A stretch of DNA of 64,000 nucleotides, taken from the NCBI RefSeq assembly GCF_036321535.1, contig NC_087437.1, positions 10,232,001-10,296,000 of the forward strand. The letters are read 5' to 3'. This document shows, piece by piece, positions 12,211 through 25,512 of the stretch. Origin of the DNA: Camelus dromedarius (Eukaryota). How positions within the stretch are numbered: position 1 is the first letter of the stretch; every line of letters begins with the position of its first letter. The notes beneath the pieces are model-generated. The model was not told the origin of the DNA, did not search any database, and saw only the letters and a list, made by a program, of their open reading frames with translations. Made by a program: the position numbers and the translations under genes.

Positions 12211-13649
12211 ATTGAGGGTATTAAAAACTTTAAAATGGAGAAATCACTGCACCTGGCCTGAGAGGGTTGGTCTGAGGACAATGCAGTCAGCAACCCTCAG
12301 GCATTTTTGTTCATCCTCTATGCCCAGTCTCTGGGGCTAATGATTCCACGAGTTTAGGGAAGCTCAAATTTTCCCTTCTACAACATGCACAGAGGAGAAA
12401 TAAACTAAAGGGCTCGGAACTGATGGTCCCCAAGGTAGGTCCCTTTCAGTTCTCACCACATCCTTGGCAACGGCTATAGAAATCTGTGTGAACAGTATTA
12501 ACTAACCTTAAAAGAAATGGCTTGATTCAAAAGGAGCACGTACAGAGCATTGTTTCAACATCTTCTCCATTGTACCTATAGAGAGACACAGAAATGCTTG
12601 GTTTGAACTTGGCTTTTTCTTCTCCTTTCGGTTGATCAGTGTTTTCCCCAGCAGGGACAGGCACAGAGCCCAGGAGACACCCTCCCTTGGAGTTTACCCA
12701 GGAGTTACCCTGCAGGACACTACTCTGGCTCAGAAGTTCAAGGGCAAAGCCAGCAGCCTCTTTCTTCCCCCTCCTTAAGAGAAGTTGCCTACAGAAATGA
12801 CTCTCCCCAAAATAGCTATTATAAGAAGAAAATATATGGTTAAATCATTTAACGAAGTCACAAATTTGCTGAAGTTCTGCCACTGTGGATATTTAAATTT
12901 GGTGAATTCAAAACTATATATTCAGCAAGAAACAAGAATCCCTATATAAAGAGAGCCAGCTCTCCCACCTGCCTTTCCACTCAGTGAGCATACGGCCTCA
13001 GAGAGAGCAACTGGTTCCATTTTCCTCCACATTTGAGCATCTTTTTGCCATGAGTATCACCTAATCTTTTAAATAAAATATTTTTGTTCATATGGCCCTT
13101 AAACTCATCAGTGCACATTATTGCCTGGTTAGAGGATTAATCTAGGACATTTTGACTGTGCACAATTTTTGCCTGAAGACTTGGTTATGCATCCTACCCC
13201 CTGAGTGAGATGGCATTTTATGTGCCATGTTTCATATGGCAGGTCTATCCAAGATGGCCTCTTGAAACTGGCACTGTGGTAGAGAAGATAAAGTCAAGGA
13301 CATAAATGACTATCAAATTAAGCAGAAGCCATAATACCTGTTAGACACTTAAAAAAAAATATGGAAGCCCAAAACAACAAAGTAGCATTTCTGCCAGTTC
13401 AAGCAAACACTTCTTAGAGGAGGTAGCATTTGAGACAGGTCTTTTAGGAAAAGAAGGAGTTCGTAAAACAGGGATAGAATGAAGCAACTTTACACCCAGT
13501 AGGAAATTATATAAATAAATCCATAACAATAAGAACTTAGATTATGTGCTGAAGAAATAGGTGGTATTCCAGTTTGGCCAACATGTATAAAGCATTAAAA
13601 AAAAAAAAAGTGGGGAAATGTGTGTGTGGATAAGTTGGTTGTAATAAAG

Positions 13650-14220
13650 TAGGCTGTGGTTATAAGTCCCAATGTACATAATGGCTCGAACACAGTAAAT
13701 GCTCATTTTCCATTCATCTAACAATTTCCAGCAGAAACCTAGCTTGGTGGGTACCTCTCCTGACATAGTAATTCAAGGACCCAGGCTCCTTCCACCTTGT
13801 GGCTCCACCAACCCCTAAGGGTGGGATACAATCTGGTTTGGTACTTCAGTGAGCTAAGAATGACTTTTACATTTTTAAAGAGTTCTAAAAAACTTAAAAA
13901 AAAAAAAAAAAGAGACCATTCCACAAAGCCTAAAATATTTACTATCTGGTCCTTTCCAGAAAAAGCTTGGCAACTCCTGCCTTGGGGCCTCGTTGTCTTC
14001 TGTATGCAGCAGTCACAAAGAGAAAAGTTATATAAAGGTGCCTCAGCCCCTTCTTAAAAGTCTTACCCCAAAATGACTTATATCACTTCTGCTCTCTTTC
14101 CATTGGCTAGAACTCAGTTACATGGCCACTCCTAATTCCAAAGAAGGCTGGGAAATATAGTCCAGCTGTGTGTCTGGGAAGAAAAGGAAATGGGTTTTGG
14201 TGCACAGCAAGCAGCCTCTG
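13650..14220 (-). mobile_element. MaLR MLT1(J/K)-like LTR, interrupted by MER58
   Basis: gacccaggctccttccaccttgtggctccacc; cattggctagaactcagttacatggccac...ggctgggaaatatagtc. Confidence 0.7.
13825..13980. mobile_element. hAT-Charlie MER58-like
   Basis: gagctaagaatgacttttacatttttaaa...cctaaaatatttactatctggtcctttccagaaaaag. Confidence 0.75.
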
Positions 14221-14714
14221 AACACCCTTGTTTAGATTTTCTTCAAAATGCAATGAGGAGCCACAAGGAATTTTGAAGAGAGAATTGATGTGATAAAATT
14301 GCCTAAGAGCATCTCCTTCCTGAATTTGTTATAAGCAGCCACCTGCAGGAAGCAGGATTCAGGTATTCTCAAGTCAGTGAGGCACTAACACAGACTTAAG
14401 TGCACCTGGAAAATGGCCCAGACCATTTTTTTTTTTAAACTACCTATTTGTCAATTAAACTTCACCATGAGGCAATTAGCATACTGATTTTTCTTTTCTA
14501 AGGAGCACAGGCTACAGAGAACAATCAGGAGTTGTAAGGATTTTCAATAACAGTAATTCTCATAAATGGTATATGAAAAATATCAACAGCACAGTATAGA
14601 TTCAAAGATAAATTTCCTTCAGTAGAGAAGCATACAGCAGACATCAGTGGAAACACCAGAGAATATAAGGAACTGGCATTTCAGGACCTGCCAATCTATT
14701 CACCATGCTGTGAA

Positions 14715-14975
14715 ATAAACTCAGGCTTTGACATCAGAATGACCTGGGTTCTCATTTCTGCTCTGAAACAAGCTATATGACTGTAAACACTTTGTGTCTC
14801 TGGTCAGTGTCATCATCTGTAAAACAGAGGTAAAAGGAATAAAAAAAACCTTTTTTTGCAAACTGTTGTAAGGATTAATATTAATATACAGAAAACAACA
14901 AAACAGCTGACACAGTGCCTGGCACAGAATAAGCCCTCAATAAATTTTAACTACTATCATTACCATTATCATTAT
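14715..14975 (+). mobile_element. MIR SINE
   Basis: gacctgggttctcatttctgctctg...catcatctgtaaaacagagg...acagtgcctggcacagaataagccctcaataaat. Confidence 0.8.
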
Positions 14976-15611
14976 CATGCCCATTTAGGCCTCTTTTGAA
15001 CGAAAATGAAGTCATTTGTATCCTAAAATGGCTTGCCAATGACATATAATTTACAAACACGTTAAAGTATGTGGTTACAACTGGCTCCTTCATTTCAAAT
15101 TTATAAGAGAAGGAGCAGAAGTTCAAAAAGCAATTTCCTTAATTAAAAAGAATCTGCTATTCAATTCACGAATAAGGTTTTAGAGCCATTAAATGAACGA
15201 CTCCAGTCCATTCTTCATACGCCTTTGTGGTTCTCAAAACTACTCTACCTTTGAACACTTAGAACCTAGTGTTTCCTGGGTGAGGGTTCCAGGGAGAGTC
15301 AGTTTCCACTACCAGATACTTGTATGAGTCACATGATTAATCGTTTAGTAAAGACAGGAAATAAAAGGCAATGTACAGAACAAAAGCATTCTGTGACCTT
15401 CATGAGAATCTTTGCTCCATGACAAAATTAATGACCAACTTATTCAAACTTATGCACTATGAGCTTCATAATTGAAGCACATAGTAGGCATTCTGTGAAG
15501 ATTTGTTGTTATTTGATAAATTGAGCTGGACCTTAGGCCTGTGCTTTCTTTATGAGTCCCCCTTCTTAAAGGCCCCTGTCACTTGCTTTCAAAGTTGACA
15601 TGATCCCCGCC

Positions 15612-15985
15612 TTAAGCTCAGAAGTTCCCTCAGAAGCAGATCTGAGACAAGAATTTGAATGCTCATGGTTTATTTTTGAGGTTACTCCAGGAATAACCAA
15701 GAGGGAAGCCAGGAGGTAAGATGCAGAAAGAGAGAAAGCAAACTGATCAAGTTTCATTGAGGTTACCCCTGCAGGCAGCCAGGGCTCAGTCCTGCTGGGA
15801 ACCTCTGGGGGACATGCCTCAGGGTCATTCCACCAGAGGGGAGGAAGCTGAGGTACTTACCCATCAACTCCTTTTGCCACAGGTTAAGGACAACGCCTGA
15901 GGGTGTTAAAACGCTAGTAGTCCAGCCTGCCCAGTGAGGTCAAGTGCCTTCTCATCCAACAGCCAGAGGAAGCCCTGTGGTGGTG
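15612..15985 (-). mobile_element. ERVL LTR33/LTR16-like LTR
   Basis: gttccctcagaagcagatctgagacaagaatttgaatgc...gggctcagtcctgctgggaacctctgg. Confidence 0.65.
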
Positions 15986-16009
15986 CCGAAGAGGAATGGG
16001 TGAGGTGCT

Positions 16010-16190
16010 AATAATGTACATGAATATACATCATTATATTATATAATATAGAATTATGTTATATTATACATAATATATAGTATACAAGTGTTATTATATT
16101 ATATATAAAATATTACAATATAAATATATAATATAATTGATGTATAATATTAAGAGTATATTCATATTTAATGATAATATAAGCTATGTA
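16010..16190. repeat. AT-rich low-complexity, degenerate (TA)n
   Basis: Direct read. Confidence 0.85.
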
Positions 16191-16270
16191 TTGTCCTCAT
16201 CACTGGTACTTTACCCAAGAAGAATTATTTTTATCTACCCTAAACCATTCCAGAAATTCTGATTGTCCAT

Positions 16271-17004
16271 TATATTGGTCAGGGTTCTCCAGAGAAACAG
16301 GAGTGATGGGATATATGTAGAGACAGATAGAGATAAAGATAAAGGTAGAGATAGAGATGGGGATGGAGGAGGAGGTGGGGATGGGATTGGAGATAGGAAT
16401 GGAGATAGAGATGGAGATGTGGAGATGAAGATGGAGATGGAGATGTGGAGATGTGGAAGTGGAGATGGGGATGTGGAGATGGGGATGTGGGGATGCAGAT
16501 GAAGATAGAGATGGAGATAAGGATGGAGTTGTGGAGATGGGGATGGAGATGGAGATGCAGATAGAGATAAGGAATAGGCTCTCATGATTATGTTACAGAA
16601 GCTGGCAGGTCCCAAGGTCTACAGGGTGAGTGGGGAAGCTGGAGACCCAGGAGAACCGACAGTATAGTTCTTGTCTGAAGGATGTCAGGCTCCAGATCCA
16701 GGAAGAGCTGATGTTTTAGTTCAAAACTAAAGGCAGGATAAAATCAAAACCCCAGCTCAAAGGCCATCCAGCAGGAAGAATCCTCTCTTACTCAGAGGAG
16801 GGTCAGCCTTACGTGTAATCAGGTCTTCAACTGATTGGATGAGACCCACCCACATTAAGGAGGGCAACCTGTTGTATTCAATCTACCAACTCAAATGTTA
16901 GTCTCATCCGAAAACACCCTCACAGAAATACCCGAATAGTGTTTGAGCAACTATCTGGGTACCCTGTGGCCTCGCCAAGTTGAAACATAAGACTAACCAT
17001 CACA
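16271..17004 (-). mobile_element. ERVL MLT2-type solo LTR with internal GGAGAT expansion
   Basis: Ends tatattggtcagggttctccagagaaacag ... taaccatcaca; internal caactgattggatgagacccacccacatt; flanks tccat/ttcat. Confidence 0.88.
16320..16572. repeat. Degenerate (GGAGAT)n hexamer array
   Basis: Direct read. Confidence 0.9.
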
Positions 17005-17829
17005 TTCATTTAGTGAATGTCGCCATCAGTACTTATTTTTCAGACTGAGAACTCAAAATATTTAAATTGCTTCGTAGTTTCACAATAGACAAAAACTAAA
17101 CCAGCTGAAACAATTGTAGGAGAGAACATTCAAACTAGTCTCCACTGATGGAACAAGTTATGACAATAGCTCAAACGTTTCTGTCAGTCACACAGTCAGT
17201 CAGTCCAACTTGTTTTTAGGGTCAAGGGTCACAGATCTGCTGCCAAGGGTGTTCATTTCAAAGAGCTCTGGATGGACCACAGTGGGAAGGAAAATCAAAG
17301 AGTGCACACCTTTTTCTTATATGACAGAGAAGTTTCTGTAATAAAGCAAGAAATGCAGAGGCCAGCCTGCTTTGGAGATACACCCATTTCAGAATCAGTG
17401 ACCTAAACAACCCTGAAGTTTAAGTTCCCAGGTTCATATAAAGAGATTCATCCAAATCTAGTTAATGACAAATTTTTGTTATTTGTTATCTATTAGATTT
17501 TATCTTTCTAAATATTGACTGTTATCCCTGACACCCTCTGCTTATAACCCAGTAGGTCAGCGGGGTGAGGACTCCTCACTTTCACGTCTGTGTTCTTACT
17601 GGAAATCACGACGAGTGAGTGAGGACGTCTCTGCTCTGGGTACACGTGTGTCAGGAATCACGGGCTCTCACTGCAGACTTTACCAGCTAAGTATATAGTA
17701 TGTCATTCGTGTGTGTTTTTAATACATTTGGTGGTAAAAATGGTATTTTTATCCAAAAAAAAAGAGAAATGGGGGAAGGAGGAGTTGGTGTTTCCTATTT
17801 AATTGTTTTTTCTTACCTAAGTGTCAGGT

Positions 17830-18780
17830 AAGAAGAAACTAGTCAGGGATTCATTCCAGGTCCTGGGATGTAAAAGAAAATAAAATAGATTAAAATGTAT
17901 GCCCTCATGGGTTTTACACTCAGGGGACAGGGAAGAGAAGATAAAAGTCAGTCACTAAAGGATAAGCAAGTGCTTAAAGAAAGGGAAGTTGTGCAAGAGG
18001 AACAGAAGGCATGAAGCAGAGAACTTACTGGTTCACTGAGGTGAGGCTCACTGAGGTCAGCAGAGCAGATGTCCTGAGTGAGTGCTTTCCAGGCAGAGGG
18101 AACAGCCAGGACAAAGGCCCTGAGGACACTTGCTTGGCCTGTTCAAGGACCAGTAAAACAACGGGGAAAGCAATAGGAGGTGAGACCAAAGGAGATGAGT
18201 GCAGTGACCAGTTCCTACAGGGCTCTGTTGGCCATCTAAGGACCTTGGCTCTTATTCCAAGCACAGCTGGGCAGGGATGTGAGCAGAGGAAAGATGCTAT
18301 CTGTCTTATGCTTTAACAGGACCACTCTGGTGGTTGCACTGAGCCTGAAAAAGGTGGAATGAGAAGGACCAATCAGGTGACTAGGAAGGTGATGCAGCTG
18401 AGAGAAGAAGGCACTTCATTCCAGATGATAACAATGGAGTTGGTGAAAGGGTCAGAGTCTGGAGCTATTTTAAAGTTAAAGCCAATGTAAGTTGCTGGCA
18501 GGTCCTGTGTGGGAAGTGGAAGGAGAGATCCTTCCGAAGTTCCAGGCGTGAGCTCCTGGAAGGATGGAAGTGCTGTCTCCTGACGTGGGAGGTCTGGGAA
18601 AGAGGAAATTCGCTCTCAGGTGGAAAGTCAAACAAACGGCCAGACACACAGGTCTGGGGACAGAGGAGAAGATCATGTGCAAGTGTGGTCTGGGAGCATC
18701 ATTGGTAAAGATGGGATCAAAACTGACACTGGCTGAGGTCACCCAGGGAGAGCATTCACAGAGAACAGAAAAGAAATTCA
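17830..18780 (-). mobile_element. L2 LINE
   Basis: ttccaggcagagggaacagccaggacaaaggccctgagg and downstream L2 motifs. Confidence 0.8.
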
Positions 18781-18837
18781 AATAGAAATGTTACTGAAAA
18801 TACCACGCAACTGAAAAAGTATCATTTTTCCATTTTA

Positions 18838-18975
18838 CTTGTATTGATTATTTTATGAGGGGGAGGTAATTAGGTTTCTTCATTGATTTCTGCTTGGAGG
18901 AGGTACCTGGGATTGAACCCGGGACCTCTTGGGTGTTGAGCGTGCGCTCTAACACTTGAGCTATACCCTTCTCCC
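18838..18975 (-). mobile_element. tRNA-derived SINE (camelid vic-1-like)
   Basis: Minus-strand A box (tagctcaagtgttag) and B box (gggttcaatccc); perfect 16-bp TSD tcatttttccatttta at 18822-18837 and 18976-18991. Confidence 0.9.
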
Positions 18976-19019
18976 TCATTTTTCCATTTTAAATCCATTC
19001 TTAGTAATTAGAAAGTGAA

Positions 19020-19740
19020 TTTAGAAAAAATACAGTATACATAAAAGCCTAATGAAGAAAATTTAAATCACCCATAATCCCTAGTACCCAGAGACAAACA
19101 CTATCAATAGTTGGTATATTTAGATAATTAGGATAATACTACACAACTATATTATAAACCGCTTTTTTCACCTAATAGATCATGAACTTTTCCCAAAGTA
19201 AACTACCTATGAATACACCAGTTCTTCACGTTGTTGGACCTTCAGAGTATTGCCAATGTTTCACCATTATGCATAACACTGCAACATTATGTATGTAAAT
19301 AAATGTTTATGAATCTCCAGTTATTTCCTTACAACACACTACTAAAAGAAGAATTGCTAGGTTGAAAGATGTGTACCTTTTAATATTTGGGGATACAAAG
19401 GGCCATATTGCTCCCAAGAAAGATTGCACTAATTCACACGCATACGAATGCCTTCTTTTTCCCACCCTTTTTGCACTAAGTGGGTAGTCAAGTGTTTTCC
19501 TTTGTAAATTTGAAATTTAGAATACGGTGTTTCAAGGCTGTTTCATTCTTTTATTTCCAGAGAAGCTAAAAAGTTTCCATATGTTGATTGGCTCTTTAAA
19601 TTTCACATTTTATGAATTATTTTGCTCAGATGAAATACTTGCTCATAACCTTTGCCCACTTTCCTGATAAGGTGGTCATCTTTTCCTTATTTAAACGTAA
19701 AGGCTCTTTATTTATTACATATAGCAAGTTCATTTTTGTT
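19020..19740 (-). mobile_element. Old L1 (L1ME-like) 3' region
   Basis: Degenerate antisense L1 motifs (gaattgctaggttgaaag, atatgttgattggc, cctttgcccactttcct). Confidence 0.65.
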
Positions 19741-19904
19741 TTGGTTTTCTGAGTTCTTTTATGGAAAAATAAATCAGGGTCCCCCCAGATTGTGATGCAA
19801 ATACCAGAAAGTACATTGTTACATTCCAAACTAGTTCTAAATTCAAAGCCTTCAGTTCCATTCAGGGGACCCACGCTGCTTCTAAGGCAGCTGCCAGGAA
19901 CACT

Positions 19905-20100
19905 AAGTGTTTTCCAAAAGGTGATTCTTAGAGCAGCTGCACCAACATTTCCAAGGAACCTTTTTAGAAATGTGGATTCTTGTGCACCAGCTCGAACCTG
20001 CTGAATGAAAATGACAGGGAATGGGGGCAGACTGAGAATTTGCTTCCTTGACAAGTTCTCCAGACGATGTTTCTGGCACAGTAAAGTCTGGAAATCACTG
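19905..20100. mobile_element. MER5A-like hAT element
   Basis: ttagaaatgtggattctt...gacaagttctccagacgatg...aaagtctggaaatcactg. Confidence 0.7.
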
Positions 20101-20230
20101 ACAGCAAATAGAATGGATAATAGAACTACCTCTCTGAACTCTAAGATTTTTACAGACTAACCTTAAGATAGAAAGTTAGATGTCAGCTGCAGCGCGGCCT
20201 GTGATACTGCCTGGCTCTAGACTTACTCAC

Positions 20231-20338
20231 CTGAGGGATTTTCTCAGAGTCCACAGCGTGAGCCTGGATTGGCAAATGGCCCAATGACCATCATGGCAGC
20301 CCCTCACACCATCTAATAGGCTATCCAGATCTCTGTAG
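20231..20338 (-). other. Candidate 108-nt symmetric exon
   Basis: tgtgtctgcag| ... cctcag|GTGAGTAAGT; one frame is open throughout (YRDLDSLLDGVRGCHDGHWAICQSRLTLWTLRKSL), not recognised. Confidence 0.3.
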
Positions 20339-20740
20339 CTGCAGACACAGACGTACAAATCCTCACACAGTGCCAGAAAGGCCATTCACAACACAGTGGA
20401 ACATGCCAAGGAAGAAGCAGTATCTCTGGTTTGAAAATTAAGTTACTCTGCAAATTTCCCTATGGCCTATAGATAGCTGGGACAAATACCATTTTCCTCC
20501 CTAATGTAGCATACCATAAATTACTAGTAGTACAAAATAAATAAACACCTTAAAAAGAGCCACACCTCCTTTATGCCCTGACACATATTTTCATATCTCA
20601 CCATTTTGCTTAGGTCATTCCTGTAGCGACCCACTGTGGCTAGGGAACCTGACAGCACTCTTTCAGGTTTAGCTAGGTTGGAGCCCTGCCAGAGGCTGCC
20701 AATGAAACTCAAAAATGCAGGGAAGTTAACACCCTTAGGG

Positions 20741-20840
20741 CAGCAGTTCTCAAAGCATGGCCCCTGGACCAGCAGCCTCAGCATCACGTTAGAATGTTCT
20801 AGAAATGCAAATTCTCTGGCCCAACCCCAGACCTATTGAG
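20741..20840. mobile_element. MER5A 5' half
   Basis: cagcagttctcaaagcatggcccctggaccagcagcctcagcatcac...tagaaatgcaaattctc. Confidence 0.8.
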
Positions 20841-20844
20841 ACTT

Positions 20845-21020
20845 AATAGAGTTGAGTTCAGGATGCCCTCAGCAGTCACCACTTTAATCACCAACCCTTG
20901 GTTTGGCTTTACTTCTCTGTTTTGTCCTTCCATGCCCCATGCTTCAATTCTTTGGGATCACTTCCCAAAATAAACAACCTCCATAAGTCCTTGTCTCATA
21001 TGCTACCTTTTGGGAGATGG
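20845..21020 (+). mobile_element. ERVL LTR33/LTR16-like 3' fragment
   Basis: tgggatcacttcccaaaataaacaacctccataagtccttgtctca. Confidence 0.6.
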
Positions 21021-21235
21021 CTAAATAGCACCGGTTCCATCAATGTCAACACACAAGCTTACCGTCCTACAGACAGCAATCTTTCTTGCACTACCCACTT
21101 GTTCAGTGTGCAACTCACTCCTCTCTTATTTTAACAAGTGCTCATATTTGTTTCCCTTGGTTTTTCCTTAATACTCAGTAGGGATATCCCAAATTCTGCC
21201 AGAATCATCCTTCATCATGCTTTAATAGTATTCTT

Positions 21236-21559
21236 AAGAAGAAGACAAATGAACTTAAATACATAACAGAAACAGACTCATAGACATAGAATACTAACTT
21301 GTGGTTGCCAGGGGGAAGGGGGTGGGAAGGGACAGACTGGGAGTTTGAAATTTGTAGATACTTACAGATATATATAAAATAGATAAACAAGTTTATACTG
21401 TATAGCATAAGGAAATATATACAAGATCCTGTGGTAGCTCATGGTGAAGAAGAATGTGAAAACGAATATATGTATATTCATGTTTGACTGAAAAATTGTG
21501 CGGTAGACCAGAAATTGACACAACATTGTAAAATGACTATCACTCAGTAAAATTAAAAG
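21236..21559 (+). mobile_element. L1 3' end
   Basis: TSD aa(t/g)agtattctt at 21224-21235 and 21560-21571. Confidence 0.9.
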
Positions 21560-21899
21560 AAGAGTATTCTTCCTGTTTTCATTCCCAAATGAACACCTTC
21601 TAACCCCAAAACCCTTCAATCTGAGTATCTATGTCATTGTCAATCAATCAACATCAATATCTATGACAGAATAAGTGCCACCAGAATACAGCATCCTGGT
21701 GACATCTGAGGGCTGTGACACATCCTCTGGAGAGGATGACAGTAGATTACTCATATCGCCCAAATGGGTCTGCTGATTAAGAAGAAGGCAAGGCTCTTAT
21801 TCTGTTTGCAATCATAAGTTCCTTCTCCCTGGGATGTCCCCATGCCCTAAGATTCCTTCCCCCAAAGAATCTTCCTGTGGGATTTTAAAAAAGGATTTA

Positions 21900-22878
21900 G
21901 TCAGTGGGATTGGTGGACCATATGGCAGCTCTGTTTTTAATTTTTTAAGGAACTTCCAGACTGTTTTCCAGGCTCCACCAATTTACATTCCCACCAACAG
22001 TGTGGGAGGGTTCCCTTTTCTCCACACCCTCTCCAGCATTTATTTGTAGAATTTTTGATGATGGCCGTTCTGACTGGTGTGAGGTGATTGTAGTTTTGAT
22101 TTGCATTTCTGTAATAATTAGTGATGTTGAGCAGCTTTTTATGTGCCTTTTGGCCATCTGTATGTCTTTGGAGAAACGTCTAGTTAGGCCTTCTGCCCAT
22201 TTTTTGATTGGGTTGTTAGTTTTTTTAATATTGCATTGTGTGAGCTGTCTGTATATTTTGGAAATTAAGCCACTCCTGTGCATACAGCTGGAAGAAATGA
22301 AAATTCTAATTCGGAAAGATACATGCACCCCAATATTCATAGCAGCACTATTCACAATATCCAAGACATGGAAACAAACTAAATGTCTATCAACACATGA
22401 CTAGATAAAGAAGATGTGGTATAGATACACAATGGAATACTATTTAGCCATAAAAAGATTGAAACAATGCCATTTGCAGCAACATGGATGGACCTAGTGA
22501 TTATCATAATAAGTGAAGTAAGTCAGACAGAGAAAGACAAGTATCACATGATATCACTTATATGTGGAATCTAAAAATTAATACAAATCAACTTACTTAC
22601 AAAACAGACTCAGACATAGAAAAAAAACTTATGGTTACCAGAGGGGAAAGGGGAGGGAGAAGGATAAATTAGGAGTTTGAGATTAACAAATACATACCAC
22701 TATATATAAAATAGATAAAGAACAAGGACCCTCTGTACAGCACAGGGAACTATATTCAGTATCTTGTAATAACTTATAATGGAAAAGAATCTGAAGCTGT
22801 TCACCGAAACTAGCACAATATTGTAAATCAACTATAGTAAAATTTAAATTTTTTTTTTAATTTAAAAACATTTTACAT
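21900..22878. mobile_element. L1 with 5' inversion (minus ~21904-22271, plus ~22270-22878)
   Basis: Antisense ORF2 segment joined to sense 3' end at contiguous L1 positions; TSD aaaggattta at 21890-21899 and 22879-22888. Confidence 0.88.
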
Positions 22879-24063
22879 AAAGGATTTATTTATACCAAGG
22901 TCTTCTATGGCCGAGAAAGAAATGCACCAGGAGTCAAGAAAACCAACAGGAAGTTTGCCGCAGCTGTGAAACAGAGGCGGGTAAACCAAGAAGTGTTTCC
23001 AATCCCAGGTCTGCTGAGAAAATTTTCCAGCCTCCTTTAAAATTGCTGAGATGAAAAAGGAGGCTCAGAAAGAAGTTTTGAAGTATATGTCTCTTTTCCT
23101 CCTCTGGCCAGGATATTTTTGTTAAAAACAGTTTAGCAAGAGAAATAAGATTGATCAAAAAGGGTCTGTGTAAAGAAAAAAGGCAATGAAGCCTGGAGTC
23201 TGTTGTTGTGGTTGTTACTATGATACAAGTGAGAAGACATTGTGTTATTAAAGTGGAGGCCAGTTATTAAAATGTGGCCTCCACAGCAGGGAGGAAAGAC
23301 AGGGGTCCGAGAAGGCTAAATAAGACCAGGGAACTATCGCTGGCAGAAGAACTCTGGATCTGTGCACTTAGTAATTTATAGCATCCTGACATGAGATAAG
23401 TCATCTTACCTTTGACTGTGGTTTTTGCCTAACTCATTTATTACCACAAATGACTGGAAACCCCAGAGCTTTTGATTTATTTGTCTATCAACTTGCTCAA
23501 GCCCAGTCTAACCCAGAGAGGAAACAGGGATGAGAAAAACATCTATCATTTTGAATTAAACACTTGTTACCAAATAATGAAAATGTGTCCTTTATCCAAC
23601 CTGCGTCCAAGATCAATAATAAAAGGTCGTGACTTGGGAACAAGGTGACTTGAAGGCTTTAACTAAGTCTGTAGCCTTCTGTGAACTTGAGCTTCAACCT
23701 TCAAAGACAACAGGGCATGGAGTTTGGTAGCAAGTGATCCAATAACTTTCATGCTGATGTGAAAATTGTGACTCTCTTAACTCAAAGCATTGTTTCACTG
23801 TGAATATTTCAAGTTTTGTTTTGATTTTGGCTTTTAATACTTACTGATAAGTATGCAAAAAGAGATACTCTGGGACTTCTTTATTGCCACATTGCCTATT
23901 ACTGCTTCTGTGTTTAAAAAAGAGAAATCTGCTTATTGCAAGCAGGGTGCAGTCAATTTGTGCATCCTGGATTTAATTTTCTACTAAGCAAATAAAAATG
24001 CCTAAATGCAATTTACAGATCTTTTTTTTTTTTTTGCAAATATTGTACACATATGTTGATTTC

Positions 24064-24079
24064 TAGCGCCATCTGAATG
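24064..24079 (-). promoter_or_regulatory. Possible CTCF-like motif
   Basis: Minus strand cattCAGATGGCGCTA matches the 3' part of the CTCF core. Confidence 0.3.
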
Positions 24080-24932
24080 ACCCCATGCTGAAAGGTTTTC
24101 CTTTTGCATTTCAAAATACACAGGACCCATTAAAGGAAAGAAATGTGAGTCACACTTTAGATAGGAAAGAAAATGCTCCAATCAGAACCCAATGATGTTA
24201 CATAACCAATATGTCCCTGGCCTCCTCAGCCTATGACTGTAAAATAAGGTCACAGTTTCTTTCGTTTACCAAACTTTTATACCAAAGTCCTTTCCTAAAC
24301 ACCAGAAATTGGCTACTGTTCACACCCCTCCCCTAAGTGACCTTCAGCTGTCTCTGGGAATGTCCTCGACACTATCAGTACGTAGCAGGGGGCTGTCGAA
24401 CTTTGGGATCCTGCCATTCAGCATCTTGTTTTTGGTTGTGTTGTGAAGTGCACAGAATACTGCAAGGTCACAGCTTCCAATTGCCCAACATTGAACCTGA
24501 GCATCGGGAGAAATTTCCCCAAGCTTCTTTGGCCTCGTCAAGAGAAGTGTGAAGACCCCTCAAAAAAAATCAGTCCTTATATCCCAAGAATCTCTAGTAC
24601 AAGAGTCAGAGCTACAAATGCTGCAGGCTCATTAATTCTGGCTTTAAAGGAAGCAAGGTCTTAGAGTTGCCCATTACCAAAACCTAGGCTTCACGGTAAG
24701 TACATACTTCAGGTGCTATTTAAAATCTGACCCTTACAATCTCCATAGTAGCAACTCTTGTTTGGATTTCAGTGTCTTTCTCAGAAAACCAGGAATAGAA
24801 GAACTCCCTCCTGTGGGAAGAACTACAGAGACCTCTGTAACAGGGCCAGGTCTCAGAGTATCGATCTCAGTGATTTCCTTATTGTTTCCTCTCTTTATTC
24901 TCTCTCTCTCTCTCTCTCTCTCAGGTCCCCAG

Positions 24933-25090
24933 GGCAGTGGTTCCCAACGCTGGCAGTACAGAAACAACATCTTGGGAGGTTCATCTAAAACTGATTTCTG
25001 GGTTCCACCCACTGGCATTCTGATTTAATTGGCCAGGTGATGGGGTCCAGGTATCCAAAAAAATTTAGGTGATTCTAATGTGCAGCCATC
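24933..25090. mobile_element. MER5-family hAT element
   Basis: cagtggttcccaac...ttctgatttaattgg...aggtgattctaatgtgcagcc. Confidence 0.7.
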
Positions 25091-25512
25091 GGTGCCCTTG
25101 GCCCATATTCTCTCCCTGAGCTCACACAGAGACCAAAACAAAAATTTAGTAGAAACTGCCCATCCTAGAGCAAAACAAAGGCCTAGCTTTAGAGCAAGGT
25201 TTTCTCCTCAGTGAGATGAAAGGCTGAGGCTGGGGAGAAGGAACAAGAAGATGAGGGAAGGGCTATAAGAAGAATAGGAACTCTTGAAGTGGGAAGAAGA
25301 GGAGTTTCTGTTACAGAGGACCTGAGATCAGGGTGGAGGGTTTTCCAAGGTCAGCCTGGCCTCCAGCAAAACACTCCCTTTCCACCACCTGGAGTCAACC
25401 TGGCAACCAAGGGTACCAGATTCTTGTAAGCCCTCCAGACAGCAGGTGGGGATTTTAGGCACCATATGTTAAGAGGTGTGAACGAGGGGAGACCCCACTT
25501 CTGACTTAGGTG

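Noticed and set aside
16235..16615. Pro/Ser/His-rich and Gly/Asp-rich ORFs
   Set aside because: Translations of the GGAGAT repeat
18895..18975. tRNA-like sequence (also ~59260 and ~60700)
   Set aside because: SINE heads with A-rich tails (and a TSD for this copy), not tRNA genes
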